Source of the DNA: Candidatus Bathyarchaeota archaeon
Lineage (GTDB): Archaea; Thermoproteota; Bathyarchaeia; Bathyarchaeales; Bathycorpusculaceae
DNA: 64,000 bases
Assembly: GCA_963806535.1 (NCBI GenBank)
Contig: CAWDYC010000005.1
Location: 192,001-256,000, forward strand
Direction: 5' to 3'
Shown here piece by piece: positions 29,033 through 38,817 of this stretch; positions within the stretch are counted from its first letter, which is position 1; each line of letters opens with the position of its first letter. The notes under the pieces were generated by a model, which was not told the origin of the DNA, made no database searches, and saw nothing but the letters and a program-made list of their open reading frames with translations. The translations under genes and the position numbers were made by a program.

Positions 29033-29368
29033 ATGTCGAAAAAGGTAGTAGGCACGTTAACAGCTAAAGTCTCCGACCTCGCGGGACTTATTGATTATCA
29101 GGAGGGCTCAGTGGTTAGCCGAACAATAATTGACAAGAAAACAGGCACTGTTACCTTATTTGCGTTTGATGAATACCAAGGTTTAAGCGAGCATACGGCA
29201 CCCTATGATGCAATGGTTTACGTTCTTGACGGCGAAGTTGAAATCATCATATCGGGCAAGCCACTCAGCCTCAAACAGGGAGAAATAACCATAATGCCAG
29301 GCAATCAACCCCATTCTTTAACTGCCAAAACAAAATTCAAAATGCTACTGACAATGATAAAAGCCTAA
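29033..29368 (+). CDS. cupin domain protein
   Basis: GSVVSRTII, LFAFD..QGLSEHTAP, PGNQPHSL. Confidence 0.9.
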   Translation: MSKKVVGTLTAKVSDLAGLIDYQEGSVVSRTIIDKKTGTVTLFAFDEYQGLSEHTAPYDAMVYVLDGEVEIIISGKPLSLKQGEITIMPGNQPHSLTAKTKFKMLLTMIKA

Positions 29369-29979
29369 AACTTTTTACCCCACTTATTTGTGAAACAATA
29401 ATCTCCAAGAACTTTTCTAGTTGGCGCAATTGACTTCTCATCGGGGTAACCTAACGCAATCAACGCCTGAGGCTCAACCTCATCGGGAATTTTCAGCGCT
29501 GCCCTCACTGTTGCCTTGCAGAAGCTGGGGGCGCAGAACCAGCATGCACCCAACCCTTTAGCATGAGCCGTTAACAGCAAGTTTTGTATGGCCGCGCCTA
29601 AACTTTGCATCGCCAAATCACGCTCAACTTTCCGTCTTTCTTCGTCGGGCTGCTTGTACATGCCCTCCATTGTAGAACATGCGAGAATCACAACAGGCGC
29701 AGACGCAAACCTTTCAACCCTAACCCTGTGAATATCTTCTTCAATCTTGACGCCGTCTTTTGCCATATCCTCCGCCCAAGCCTCCGCCATAGCCTCAGCT
29801 AAATCTTTCTTTGCAGCCTCTTCAGTTAAAACTATGAACCGCCACGGCTGAGCATTGTGAGCTGAAGGAGCCCAACCAGCAGCTATCAAAATCTCTTCAA
29901 TTGAGCCTCGCGGAACGGGTTTGTTTTGGTACTTCCTGATACTTCGTCTATCTCTGATTATGTCGAATAGGTCTTGCAT
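29365..29979 (-). CDS. nitroreductase family protein (FbiB C-terminal-like)
   Basis: RRSIRKY, WAPSAHNAQPWRF, GAAIQNLLLTAHAKGLGACW, LGYP. Confidence 0.92.
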   Translation of the reverse strand: MQDLFDIIRDRRSIRKYQNKPVPRGSIEEILIAAGWAPSAHNAQPWRFIVLTEEAAKKDLAEAMAEAWAEDMAKDGVKIEEDIHRVRVERFASAPVVILACSTMEGMYKQPDEERRKVERDLAMQSLGAAIQNLLLTAHAKGLGACWFCAPSFCKATVRAALKIPDEVEPQALIALGYPDEKSIAPTRKVLGDYCFTNKWGKKF

Positions 29980-30020
29980 AAAAAAGAATATGCGCGTGTT
30001 GCTTTTTATCTCTTGACTGC

Positions 30021-31049
30021 TTAAGGGCGGTTGGGTTCCAAAATCACTTTCAATGATTGCCCTGCTTCAGCCATTAACCTGAAACCTTCCTGTGCCTCCA
30101 CTAAACTCAACCTATGTGTAATCATATCTTTGACATTAAGTTGTTTAGTTGCTAAGATACGCATTGAATCCGCCAAATCGTTTGGTGCAGCCCCATAACT
30201 TGTACGCATCGTGATCTCGTTTCTCCAAAATTGGTTAATTGGAACGGGCAGTTTTACGGTTGGGTCTGGCACTGCAAAAAACAATATCGTTCCTCCGTTT
30301 TCAACGCAATCTAGCGCTGATATGGCTGCAGAAGTGGCGCCTGTGCAGACGACAACTTGGTCGGCTAGCCTTCCAGCGTTGACTTCTTTGAGTCTCTGAG
30401 GCAAGTTCTCTTTTGCATTTAACACTTGGGTTGCACCGAATTTCTTAGCAAGATCAAGCCTGAAGGGGTTAATGTCAGCTACAAAGATGTTTTCGATTCC
30501 TTTGAACTTTGCAAGTTGCGTATGCAAAATTCCTGCGATGCCTCCGCCAATAATCAAAACAGTGTCATCCTTTTCTAATTCTGATAAGCGTTGACCTCGC
30601 GAAACACATGCTAATGGCTCAATAAACGTTCCTTCTTCAAAAGACATGTCATCTGGCAACTTGTAAATACCGAAATCTACGTTAATTTTTGGTACTCGAA
30701 CGTATTGTGAGAACCCGCCAGGATAATAATTTGTGGTGTGCAAAGTATGACAGGCTGTATGGTTGCCTCTTTGGCAGTAACGGCATTGATTGCAAGGAAC
30801 ATGGTGAGATACAAAAACTCTGTCGCCTACTTTGAGAGTTTTTACTTTGCTACCTACTTTATCGATTAAGCCTGTGGCTTCATGACCCAAAACAATTGGA
30901 GCCTTAGGAACACGGTACCACTCAATAACATCGCTACCGCATATGCCACTCGCCATAACCTTCAACAACGCTTCATCTTCGCCGATTTGAGGGATTGGCG
31001 CTTCCTCAATGCGAACGTCATGGTTGTTGTAGTAAACGCCGGTTAGCAA
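30021..31049 (-). CDS. Zn-dependent alcohol/polyol dehydrogenase (MDR family)
   Basis: GICGSD, GHE, CNQCRYC...C, IEPLAC, GGGIAG. Confidence 0.93.
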   Translation of the reverse strand: MLTGVYYNNHDVRIEEAPIPQIGEDEALLKVMASGICGSDVIEWYRVPKAPIVLGHEATGLIDKVGSKVKTLKVGDRVFVSHHVPCNQCRYCQRGNHTACHTLHTTNYYPGGFSQYVRVPKINVDFGIYKLPDDMSFEEGTFIEPLACVSRGQRLSELEKDDTVLIIGGGIAGILHTQLAKFKGIENIFVADINPFRLDLAKKFGATQVLNAKENLPQRLKEVNAGRLADQVVVCTGATSAAISALDCVENGGTILFFAVPDPTVKLPVPINQFWRNEITMRTSYGAAPNDLADSMRILATKQLNVKDMITHRLSLVEAQEGFRLMAEAGQSLKVILEPNRP

Positions 31050-31060
31050 TTTTTCACCGA

Positions 31061-31876
31061 TTAAAAAGAAAGTTTAGGTGAAGCTTTGCCTATTTTTACC
31101 TGATTATATAGGTCTAAGGCTTCTTGAGGTGTATAATTATCGTGTACAATTGCCCTTATTCCTCGAATTGCGGCGACAGGGTTCTCCGTTTGCCAAACAT
31201 TCCTACCCAAATTAACGCCTATAGCCCCTTTCTGCATTCCATCATAAACAAAGTCGAAAACTTCTTTTTGGGTTTCAGTTTTTGGTCCACCCGCCATAAC
31301 TACAGGAACTGGGCATCCGTCAACCACTTTCTCAAAGTTTTCTTTACAATAATATGTTTTAACGACACGAGCACCTATTTCGGCTGAGACTCTAGCAACC
31401 AACGCTAAATATCTGGCTTCACGTTTTTCAAGTTCTTTGCCGACGGCAGTAACTGCCATGACTGGTACGCCATAATCTTCGCAGTCGTCAACAAGTTTTG
31501 CTAGGTTGCTTAAACTTTTATTTTCATATTTTGTTCCTGCAAAAACGGACATTGAAACCGCTGATACATTTAATCTAAGTATTTCCTGAATTGATGTGAC
31601 GACGCTTTCGTTAGCTAGGTCTTCACCTACTACTGTTACTGCTCCTGAAACTCGCAGTATAATTGGTTTCTCTATCGCTGGGTCAATGCAATTCCGTAGA
31701 ACGCCTCTTGTAAGCATAATTGCATCCGCGTACTGGTAGATTGGTTTTAGTGTTTTCTCTGGCTTCTCAAGTCCATGCGTTGGACCTTGGAAGTAACCGT
31801 GGTCAACGGGCAAAAATAGGGCTTTTCCGTCTTTCTGGATGAGCCTTGTTAGCCTGTTTTTCATTCCCCAATCCAT
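31061..31876 (-). CDS. lsrF: LsrF-type class I aldolase/thiolase
   Basis: MDWGMKNRL, DHGYFQGPT, VKTYYC, PVVMAGGPK, GVNLGRNVWQ. ATG at 31876. Confidence 0.88.
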   Translation of the reverse strand: MDWGMKNRLTRLIQKDGKALFLPVDHGYFQGPTHGLEKPEKTLKPIYQYADAIMLTRGVLRNCIDPAIEKPIILRVSGAVTVVGEDLANESVVTSIQEILRLNVSAVSMSVFAGTKYENKSLSNLAKLVDDCEDYGVPVMAVTAVGKELEKREARYLALVARVSAEIGARVVKTYYCKENFEKVVDGCPVPVVMAGGPKTETQKEVFDFVYDGMQKGAIGVNLGRNVWQTENPVAAIRGIRAIVHDNYTPQEALDLYNQVKIGKASPKLSF

Positions 31877-31878
31877 AA

Positions 31879-32103
31879 TCATTTCTCCGAGGAACCTTTT
31901 GGTTTTAGAATTAAATAACCTTTTTCTATCAGCCAATGGTGGAATTGCCATGTGGTGTATAGGCATTCGTTGCTACACTTCTGTCTTGTCTGCCCGTATG
32001 CAGGCGAAGCCTCTGCAAGTTTGTTCAGCTCTATTTGAACTGGGCAATTGACGTCTTTGCAAAATTCTCGTCGTTTATATTCTACGTATCCATCAGGTGT
32101 CAT
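31879..32103 (-). CDS. small Cys/His-rich putative metal-binding protein
   Basis: FCKDVNCP...KCSNEC..TWQFHHWL. Stop 2 nt before the lsrF start. Confidence 0.75.
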   Translation of the reverse strand: MTPDGYVEYKRREFCKDVNCPVQIELNKLAEASPAYGQTRQKCSNECLYTTWQFHHWLIEKGYLILKPKGSSEK

Positions 32104-32197
32104 TTTAATCGCCGCTTACTTTATGTTTTAGCTTAATAAGCATTTTTTAGACAAAGCACCATGTGCTTTTAAGGAGCTTTTTCAATCTGTTGCTTGT

Positions 32198-32827
32198 ATG
32201 CCCAAGCTGTATCTACTAGGCGGAGAAAACGTCTTCAGAAGAAGTTCAATGGAAGTAAATGAGCAAGCTTTCAAAGATGCAGGAGAACCTCTCGCTATTC
32301 TTGTTTTTTCTTGGGCACGAGCATCATTCGACAACTCTTATAAAAAAAGAAAAACGACAGTTGATTACTTTAGAAACCTAGGTGCTAACACAATTACCTT
32401 TGCAGACTACTCCGATTCAAACAAAACGCTTAACGAAAAAATGGCTAATTCAAACTTGATCTATTTAACGGGTGGGCAAACATCAGTTCTTATTGAACGA
32501 TTAAGAAAGATGGATGTTGACCGCCTAATACATAATTATAGCGGAACCATCGTGGGACGAAGTGCAGGAGCATTAGCGCTTTGTCGAAAATGTATAATTA
32601 CTTGTCGCAGCAATTCGAAATCCAAAATTATCAATGGTCTTGGTTTGGCAGACCTAACTCTTAAAGTCCACTATAAACCCGAAAAAGACTTAGTGCTTGA
32701 ACAGTTATCAAAGCAAGGAAAAATTTACGCCGTACCTATGGGTTCAGCGCTTATTTACAAAGATGGCGTTTGCTCGTCCATTGGAGACATGTATCTATTT
32801 GAAAATGGAAAAAAGGTCAGGTTATAG
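32198..32827 (+). CDS. peptidase E (S51) / GATase1-like protein
   Basis: IYLTGG, GRSAGA nucleophile, VHY. Confidence 0.88.
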   Translation: MPKLYLLGGENVFRRSSMEVNEQAFKDAGEPLAILVFSWARASFDNSYKKRKTTVDYFRNLGANTITFADYSDSNKTLNEKMANSNLIYLTGGQTSVLIERLRKMDVDRLIHNYSGTIVGRSAGALALCRKCIITCRSNSKSKIINGLGLADLTLKVHYKPEKDLVLEQLSKQGKIYAVPMGSALIYKDGVCSSIGDMYLFENGKKVRL

Positions 32828-32835
32828 CCTTTCGC

Positions 32836-33066
32836 TCAATTTTTCTTTGAATAAGCCGCCAAAACAACTGTTACTAGAGCAAGAACCAAGAGTATCGCAC
32901 CAAAGATAAAAAGTGGAATCTTAAATGCTGGCTCCGAATGCAAAACCGTTGTTTGAGGAGTATAAAATAATCCACCCAAGTAAGCAGCCAAGAAAATACC
33001 GACAAACACAGCGCCTACCCCTTCAATAACAAACAAGAATTTAGTCAGTTTATTATCGTTCATCAT
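32836..33066 (-). CDS. small 2-TM membrane protein
   Basis: Two hydrophobic helices flanking VLHSEPAF. Confidence 0.7.
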   Translation of the reverse strand: MMNDNKLTKFLFVIEGVGAVFVGIFLAAYLGGLFYTPQTTVLHSEPAFKIPLFIFGAILLVLALVTVVLAAYSKKN

Positions 33067-33200
33067 AGACAAGAACGCCTCTGTTACATTAATAATAAAT
33101 AAGTTCAATATTTAAGCTAAATAGTTAGATGAGCCTGCTACCACAAGTATAATATATCTACATAGAGAATTTATTATCAATTGATTCACGGAAGATTTTT

Positions 33201-34184
33201 ATGGCGCCGCAAAAAGTTACTCCGTTAAAAGTAGGCTTGCTCATAGTTGCATTTGCATATTTCTTATTTAACGCACACAGCCTATTCAATCTAAATTGGG
33301 TCGGTGAATGGAACCGCTTTACTAACATCTCTGCATCAGCTAGATTTGACGTTTACATAACAGACGTTTCAGCTTTTGCAGGTATAGTTCCTCGGTTTAT
33401 CGCTGGCATAATCGCCATAAGCTCAGTCATATACTATATGGTGAAGGGAACGCCTTCAATAAACAGAATTTTCAACATTTTGAAAGCCATTTTAGTTTTA
33501 GAAGCAATCTACTGGTTTGGATTAGTTACGACGGCGGCGGTGGAAATTCGCAGCTTAATACAGGGTCCGCTTCAGCCGTCAATAATCAATGCGCTAGCCT
33601 CCGTGATGTCTGGAGCCCTTCCTAACTTGGTTGAGTCAGTAGTGCTCCCCATCGTTCTATTAATTTTAGCTTTCAAGCTGAACCCAAACAAACCCTCTTC
33701 CGCTATAAAATGGGCGTTAATATCTGGGACACTTTTAGTTTTCGTGTTTTGGCTAACAAACATGAGTATCTGGATTGAGATGATTCAGGTATATGGAACA
33801 AGCGCCCTCACCAACTACACTGTGAATACGGTCAGTTTCATCTTGACAGTTTTTGGGTTGCTAGCGCTGGCGCTTTCTCTAGCAGGGTTCACCATAGCTT
33901 CTGTCAGAAAAAAAATGCAGCCCACGCTAAACCTCAGGATTGCAGGGGCAATTATTACAGCGTTTGGACTGTATTTTCTCTGGGAATATTTATCATGGAT
34001 CTTCTTTGGCGGTGACTACCTCTGGAGCGACTGGTACGCATGGTTCCTAGGGCATAACTTAGACTTATGGCTACTTTCACTTCCAATGCTTGGCCTACCA
34101 TTGCTTTTCACAAATAAGAGATCTCCAAGAAAATCTTCCTTCATGACTCGTAAGCTTAATCAAACATGCTTCGATAAAGTTTAA
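33201..34184 (+). CDS. multi-pass membrane protein, unknown function
   Basis: About 8 hydrophobic helices, Trp-rich C-terminal loop. Confidence 0.8.
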   Translation: MAPQKVTPLKVGLLIVAFAYFLFNAHSLFNLNWVGEWNRFTNISASARFDVYITDVSAFAGIVPRFIAGIIAISSVIYYMVKGTPSINRIFNILKAILVLEAIYWFGLVTTAAVEIRSLIQGPLQPSIINALASVMSGALPNLVESVVLPIVLLILAFKLNPNKPSSAIKWALISGTLLVFVFWLTNMSIWIEMIQVYGTSALTNYTVNTVSFILTVFGLLALALSLAGFTIASVRKKMQPTLNLRIAGAIITAFGLYFLWEYLSWIFFGGDYLWSDWYAWFLGHNLDLWLLSLPMLGLPLLFTNKRSPRKSSFMTRKLNQTCFDKV

Positions 34185-34220
34185 GAGTTTCTTCAAACTA
34201 TTTTTGATTGGTTATTTTCA

Positions 34221-34999
34221 TTGCAAAAAATCTTGTTTTTAGCCTTAATGATTTTAGGTATACTGCTTCTTTGGATCTTTTAGCGTTGCTTTTGGTGAAA
34301 TGATGTCTTCACACAGTTGGAGTGGCAAACGGCGATGTTTTTCGCTACAGCTATACCTGCTACTTTAATTCAAATGACCCCCACGCCGTTCCTCCAACTG
34401 CATTTTCCTGGATAAACCAGACAAATTATTTCATGATTAATGTCACTGGAGTTTCTGATTCATCAGTTAATTTTAACACGATGTTGCTTGGATTGAATGG
34501 TTCAAGCAGTTTTGGCGTCTGCAGCATGAATGTTGGGACTGGAATGGCTTCAATTTCTGGATATGCAGGTCCTACTGATGCGAGCAACTTCTACTTCATG
34601 GCACGTAATGTTGGAATGATGGGAAGGATGTTTCCGTCATCCCTTACTGAGTCCAACTATAAACGGTACCCTTATGATGAATTATGGTGGCAGTCCCGAT
34701 TGACCAATTATCTAACCACAAGCACAAATCAAAACGGTGTTACGGTTAATTCTGATTATTATTTTGACCAAGCCACAGGCATGATGGTACAATGGCGTCA
34801 AGAAGCTATTCAGACCAGCGGAAATTTTCAAACTAACAGTACTCAGATGATGAAAATATCATCATCTTCGGTTTGGGTTATACCTGAGTTTCCAACTTCT
34901 TTAATAATTCTATCTTTCATTGCTATTACAACTGTCTCAGCGTTAATTGTGTCAGCCAGAGCCAAATTCAAAAAGGCTTACCCCTTTAAGGTGTTTTGA
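34221..34999 (+). CDS. secreted PEF-CTERM protein (several indels)
   Basis: Signal peptide from TTG 34221 in another frame. VGVANGD.F.Y, YFDQATG, VIPEFP + TM + basic tail. An internal out-of-frame segment reads SPTINGTLMMNYGG in the alternate frame. Confidence 0.8.
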
Positions 35000-35000
35000 C

Positions 35001-35340
35001 TTGAATGAGAAAAAAAGTAAAACCGAAAATAGTCATGATGAATGTGTTAGGGCTGTTGCCGATGAATTAAAACGTGATAATTGGACAGTTAAAGCGGATT
35101 TGGAGGGTTACGAGAAGCCAACCGAAATAGGCAAGGGATACCTTCCAGATATTAAAGCAGAAAAGAAAGGCTGTTTAACACGTATTTGTGAAGTGGCAAC
35201 CCCTGAAATGTTTGAAGGCAACAAGGCAACGGTACATTGAGTTTAAGAATTACTGCGATGAATATGACTTTCACTTTTACGTTGTGGATAAGGATGGTAA
35301 GCGTAAGCAGATTGATCCTGAAACATTTGGAAAGAAATAA
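35001..35340 (+). CDS. small PD-(D/E)xK-fold-like protein (one indel near 35225)
   Basis: H...V..VA..LK, PDIKAEK...ICEVAT. Continues RYIEFKNYCDEYDFHFYVVD...KK* after the shift. Confidence 0.7.
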
Positions 35341-35486
35341 TAAGAAAATAGAATATGCTTTTGAATTTTCTCTTACATGAAAAAGCTGAAGCCTTTTTCC
35401 TGCTTCTGACCATTTTTGTAGCGATTACATCTTTACTATTGACAACTTTTAAAAGCACAAAAACGACAAAACAATGTGACCCAACA

Positions 35487-36158
35487 ATGAAGAAATCTAT
35501 CTTCCTTGTAATCGCTTTAATCACACTCATGGCGCCAACATTATTTGCTTCAGCTTCAGCTGAAGGCACGGTTCGCGTAAAAGAAGGTGACTGGATAAAA
35601 TATCAGGTAACAGAAACAGGCAATCCAACTTCCGACTACAACATAACTTGGGCAAGAATGGATATAACTGGCGTTCAAGGAGAAACCATAAACATCAATG
35701 TTGTAACGGCATATGCAAACGGAACCATTTATCCGGAAAATGGGATAACCCTCAACTTAGCGACTGGCGCCATAGGAGACGGCTTCTTTATACCTACAAA
35801 TCTGAATCCAGGCGATAAATACAACAGTGAATACGAAGGCAACATAACAATAACCGGTGTTGAGCAACTCGAAGCTGGAGGCGCCGAACGGACCGTTCTT
35901 TCAGGCGTTGCAAACCAGACCACTTATTATTGGGATAAGCAAACAGGCATTATGGTTGCTGCTACGTCAAACTTTAATGGATTTTCGTTGTTTACAAGAA
36001 CAAGTGAAACCAACCTATGGCAACCACAAATTCTAGGCTTAGATTCAACCGTATTTTATGTGCTAATAATCGCTATTAGTAATCATTTTAGTCGCTGTAA
36101 CAGCAATTTCGGGTTGGCGACTAAAGTTATATTCGAAAAACAAAACAAAAATGAATAG
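35487..36158 (+). CDS. secreted/membrane-anchored protein, same family as 34221..34999
   Basis: Signal peptide MKKSIFLVIAL, VKEGDWIKY, YYWDKQTGI. Confidence 0.82.
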   Translation: MKKSIFLVIALITLMAPTLFASASAEGTVRVKEGDWIKYQVTETGNPTSDYNITWARMDITGVQGETININVVTAYANGTIYPENGITLNLATGAIGDGFFIPTNLNPGDKYNSEYEGNITITGVEQLEAGGAERTVLSGVANQTTYYWDKQTGIMVAATSNFNGFSLFTRTSETNLWQPQILGLDSTVFYVLIIAISNHFSRCNSNFGLATKVIFEKQNKNE

Positions 36159-36250
36159 CTTCAAGTAGGCAATTTAGCGAGCAAAAAGATGCTTTGATAT
36201 TATGCCAAAGCTTATAGGCAGCCTACTAGATAGCCAAGAATGAACGAAAA

Positions 36251-37591
36251 TTGTTTAAACCAAAAAGAAAAATTTTTGGTGCTTCGATAATCTTTTGTTT
36301 GCTTGTTGCAGCACTATTTCTGCTTATTCTTTGCTGTTTCTCAGCTTATGCTGCTGCTTCTTCTACTCAACCGGTATCTGACAAGCGGAAACATCGTTGT
36401 CATAGCCGATTTTAATGTTCAGGTAGATCCTGGTTCAGTTGCTTTCATGTCCCGTGTTGTATCAACTGCACAGAGCCAAAATGCAGCCGCCATAGTTATA
36501 GAAATGAATACGCCTGGCGGAAGCCTCAATGATATGCTCTCCATAATATCCTCTATTACAGCAGCAAATCAATCGAGCATTCCAATCTACACATTTATTG
36601 TGCCAAACGGCTTAGGTGCTTCTGCTGGCAGCTACATAGCCATGGCGACAAACAGAATTCTTATGGCTCCCGGTTCAATAATTGGTCCAAGCACACCATA
36701 CATAATCGGTGGCACAGCGTCTGGAGCAAAATCACACCCAAGCTGCCATGCTTAGTTTGCTAACAAGTCTTGCTGAGAATTGGGGACGCAACACTACTGC
36801 AGTTTATGGTATGGTTCAATCTAATCAAGCATTTACAGCCAATCAGGCAGTAGCTATCCACGTCGCAGACGGCTCAGCAAATTCACTATCTGATGCACTT
36901 AACCAACTGGGCTTATCAGGAAATCCTCAGGTGACATTTAAGTGAAGACTTATACGAGCAAATAATTAGCGCTTTGAGCAATGCTACTTTGGACGGCATT
37001 CTTTTTCTCGTAGGAGTTATCGCAATTGTGCTGGATATTTATCACCCAACAATAGTGCTCACAATCCTAGGTGTTATCGCTATTGTTGCCGGCTTGGTTG
37101 GAGCAGAAATAATTGGCGCCTCTCTGCTTGGCATCGTCATATTGGTTATAGCGGCGGCGTTGATTGTCGCGGAGTTAAAGCTTGGACATGGGTTTGCACT
37201 TATGGCGGGGGTAGTGCTTGGTGCTTTTGGCATTTATTATCTTTCGTTAGGACTGCAGTATTCACCGTCGCCGATTACTGAGCTTGTGGAAATTGAACTT
37301 GGTTTACTGGTGGTTTTTGGAGTAATTATTGGCTTATACATCAGATGGGTGATTGGACCAATTAGGCGACGCTCTAAACTTACAGGTCCCGAAGCAATGA
37401 TTGGCAAAGTAGGAGTAGCAATTACTGATCTTAACCCTAAAGGAGAAGTCAGAGTAGAAGGGGAAATCTGGAGGGCTGAATCGTTATCTGGAGACATAGC
37501 GAAAGGCGAGCAAGTGAGCGTTAAGGCTTTGAAGGGTTTGGTTGTTATGGTTGAAAAAGTTCAAACAATCAAACGATTCATCTATGAATAA
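36251..37591 (+). CDS. NfeD-family membrane protease (ClpP-like + TM + OB domain), split by about 3 indels
   Basis: NTPGG, GASAGSYI, MAPGSIIG, TM block, TGPEAMIGKVG...GEVRVEGEIWRA. Confidence 0.85.
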
Positions 37592-37781
37592 CCAGCACTA
37601 ACAGAACAAAATGTGATGTGCTTTGGCGTTGTTTTTTGAAAATGTTAATAAATCTAAAAATCGGCTTTTATTTATGGGCAAGCAAATAATATTTCTGGAG
37701 AAACGCGTGTAACGGTTTCGACTTCAAACTCTATAAGAACTACTAATTTCTTGGAGAAAGAAGATAGAACAAACAAAATAC

Positions 37782-38756
37782 TTGATTTTTGTTATCGTTG
37801 CGATTGGTGTGCTTATTCGGGTTATTTCAATTCCTTTATTCGCAAATGCACCTTACAATCCAGTGGATGTCTACTATGTAGATAATCAAGCTGCAAAACT
37901 AATTCTGGATTTTCAAAATCCGTATTCTCAAAATCTTATTGCCCACGGATATGCACTAAATATGTTTGCTTATCTTCCTATGGTGCCAATATATTATGCT
38001 CCTTTTTACCTTTTAGGAGACATTCGACTTGGCAGCATCTTTGCAGATATTCTCATAATGTTTTCACTGTATTTTATTGCCAAATCCATCAATCGTGGAG
38101 CAGCATTTTTCGCACCGTTAGCGTATGCTATTCTTCCTTTTTCTATCTGGTTAACAAGCGTCGCCTCAACAAATATCATGATTGGAACATCTTTTCTAGC
38201 TGTTTCTACAGCGGCATTACTTAGGAAAAAACATTTAGCAGCAGCAATATTCCTCGGTTTGGCACTGGCAACAAATCAATTAGTTTTTCTCGCACTTCCA
38301 CTGTTTTTTATCTATTTTTGGAGAGAACGTAAAATCTTGTATTTTTTGGGTTCTTTACTAGTTACTGCTGGAATAGTTCTTCCATTTTTGTTGCAAGACA
38401 CTTTTCGCTTCATATATGATGTTATCTTGTTTCAATTTCAGAGACCACTTCAAATCAACGGAATTTTTAGCCTTTACAGCCTGATCAATACCACTACAGG
38501 GCTATCATTAACATCTTGGATTAGAGTGGCGCTGTTTTTTGCTGCAACTTTGATTGCGGTAATATGTCTTAGACGAAAAACACTTTTACTAGTTCCATTA
38601 ATTGGGACGTTGCTGTTTTTAGGGGCTTTCATTCTTCCTGTGAATGGTTTCTGGAACTACTTCTTACCTGGAGCTACTTTCCTTATCGCTGGAATACCTT
38701 ATGTTATTGACGAAATAACCATTAAAATAGAAAGGTCAACTCAACCGCAGGGTTAA
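37782..38756 (+). CDS. GT-C fold membrane glycosyltransferase (GT87-like)
   Basis: DVYY, NPY, AYLP, LGLALATNQ, multiple TM. Confidence 0.75.
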   Translation: MIFVIVAIGVLIRVISIPLFANAPYNPVDVYYVDNQAAKLILDFQNPYSQNLIAHGYALNMFAYLPMVPIYYAPFYLLGDIRLGSIFADILIMFSLYFIAKSINRGAAFFAPLAYAILPFSIWLTSVASTNIMIGTSFLAVSTAALLRKKHLAAAIFLGLALATNQLVFLALPLFFIYFWRERKILYFLGSLLVTAGIVLPFLLQDTFRFIYDVILFQFQRPLQINGIFSLYSLINTTTGLSLTSWIRVALFFAATLIAVICLRRKTLLLVPLIGTLLFLGAFILPVNGFWNYFLPGATFLIAGIPYVIDEITIKIERSTQPQG

Positions 38757-38817
38757 TAATGAATGACACACATATTTTATTTTAATCACTTCTAGAGTTT
38801 CAGAAGGCTACATTGTA

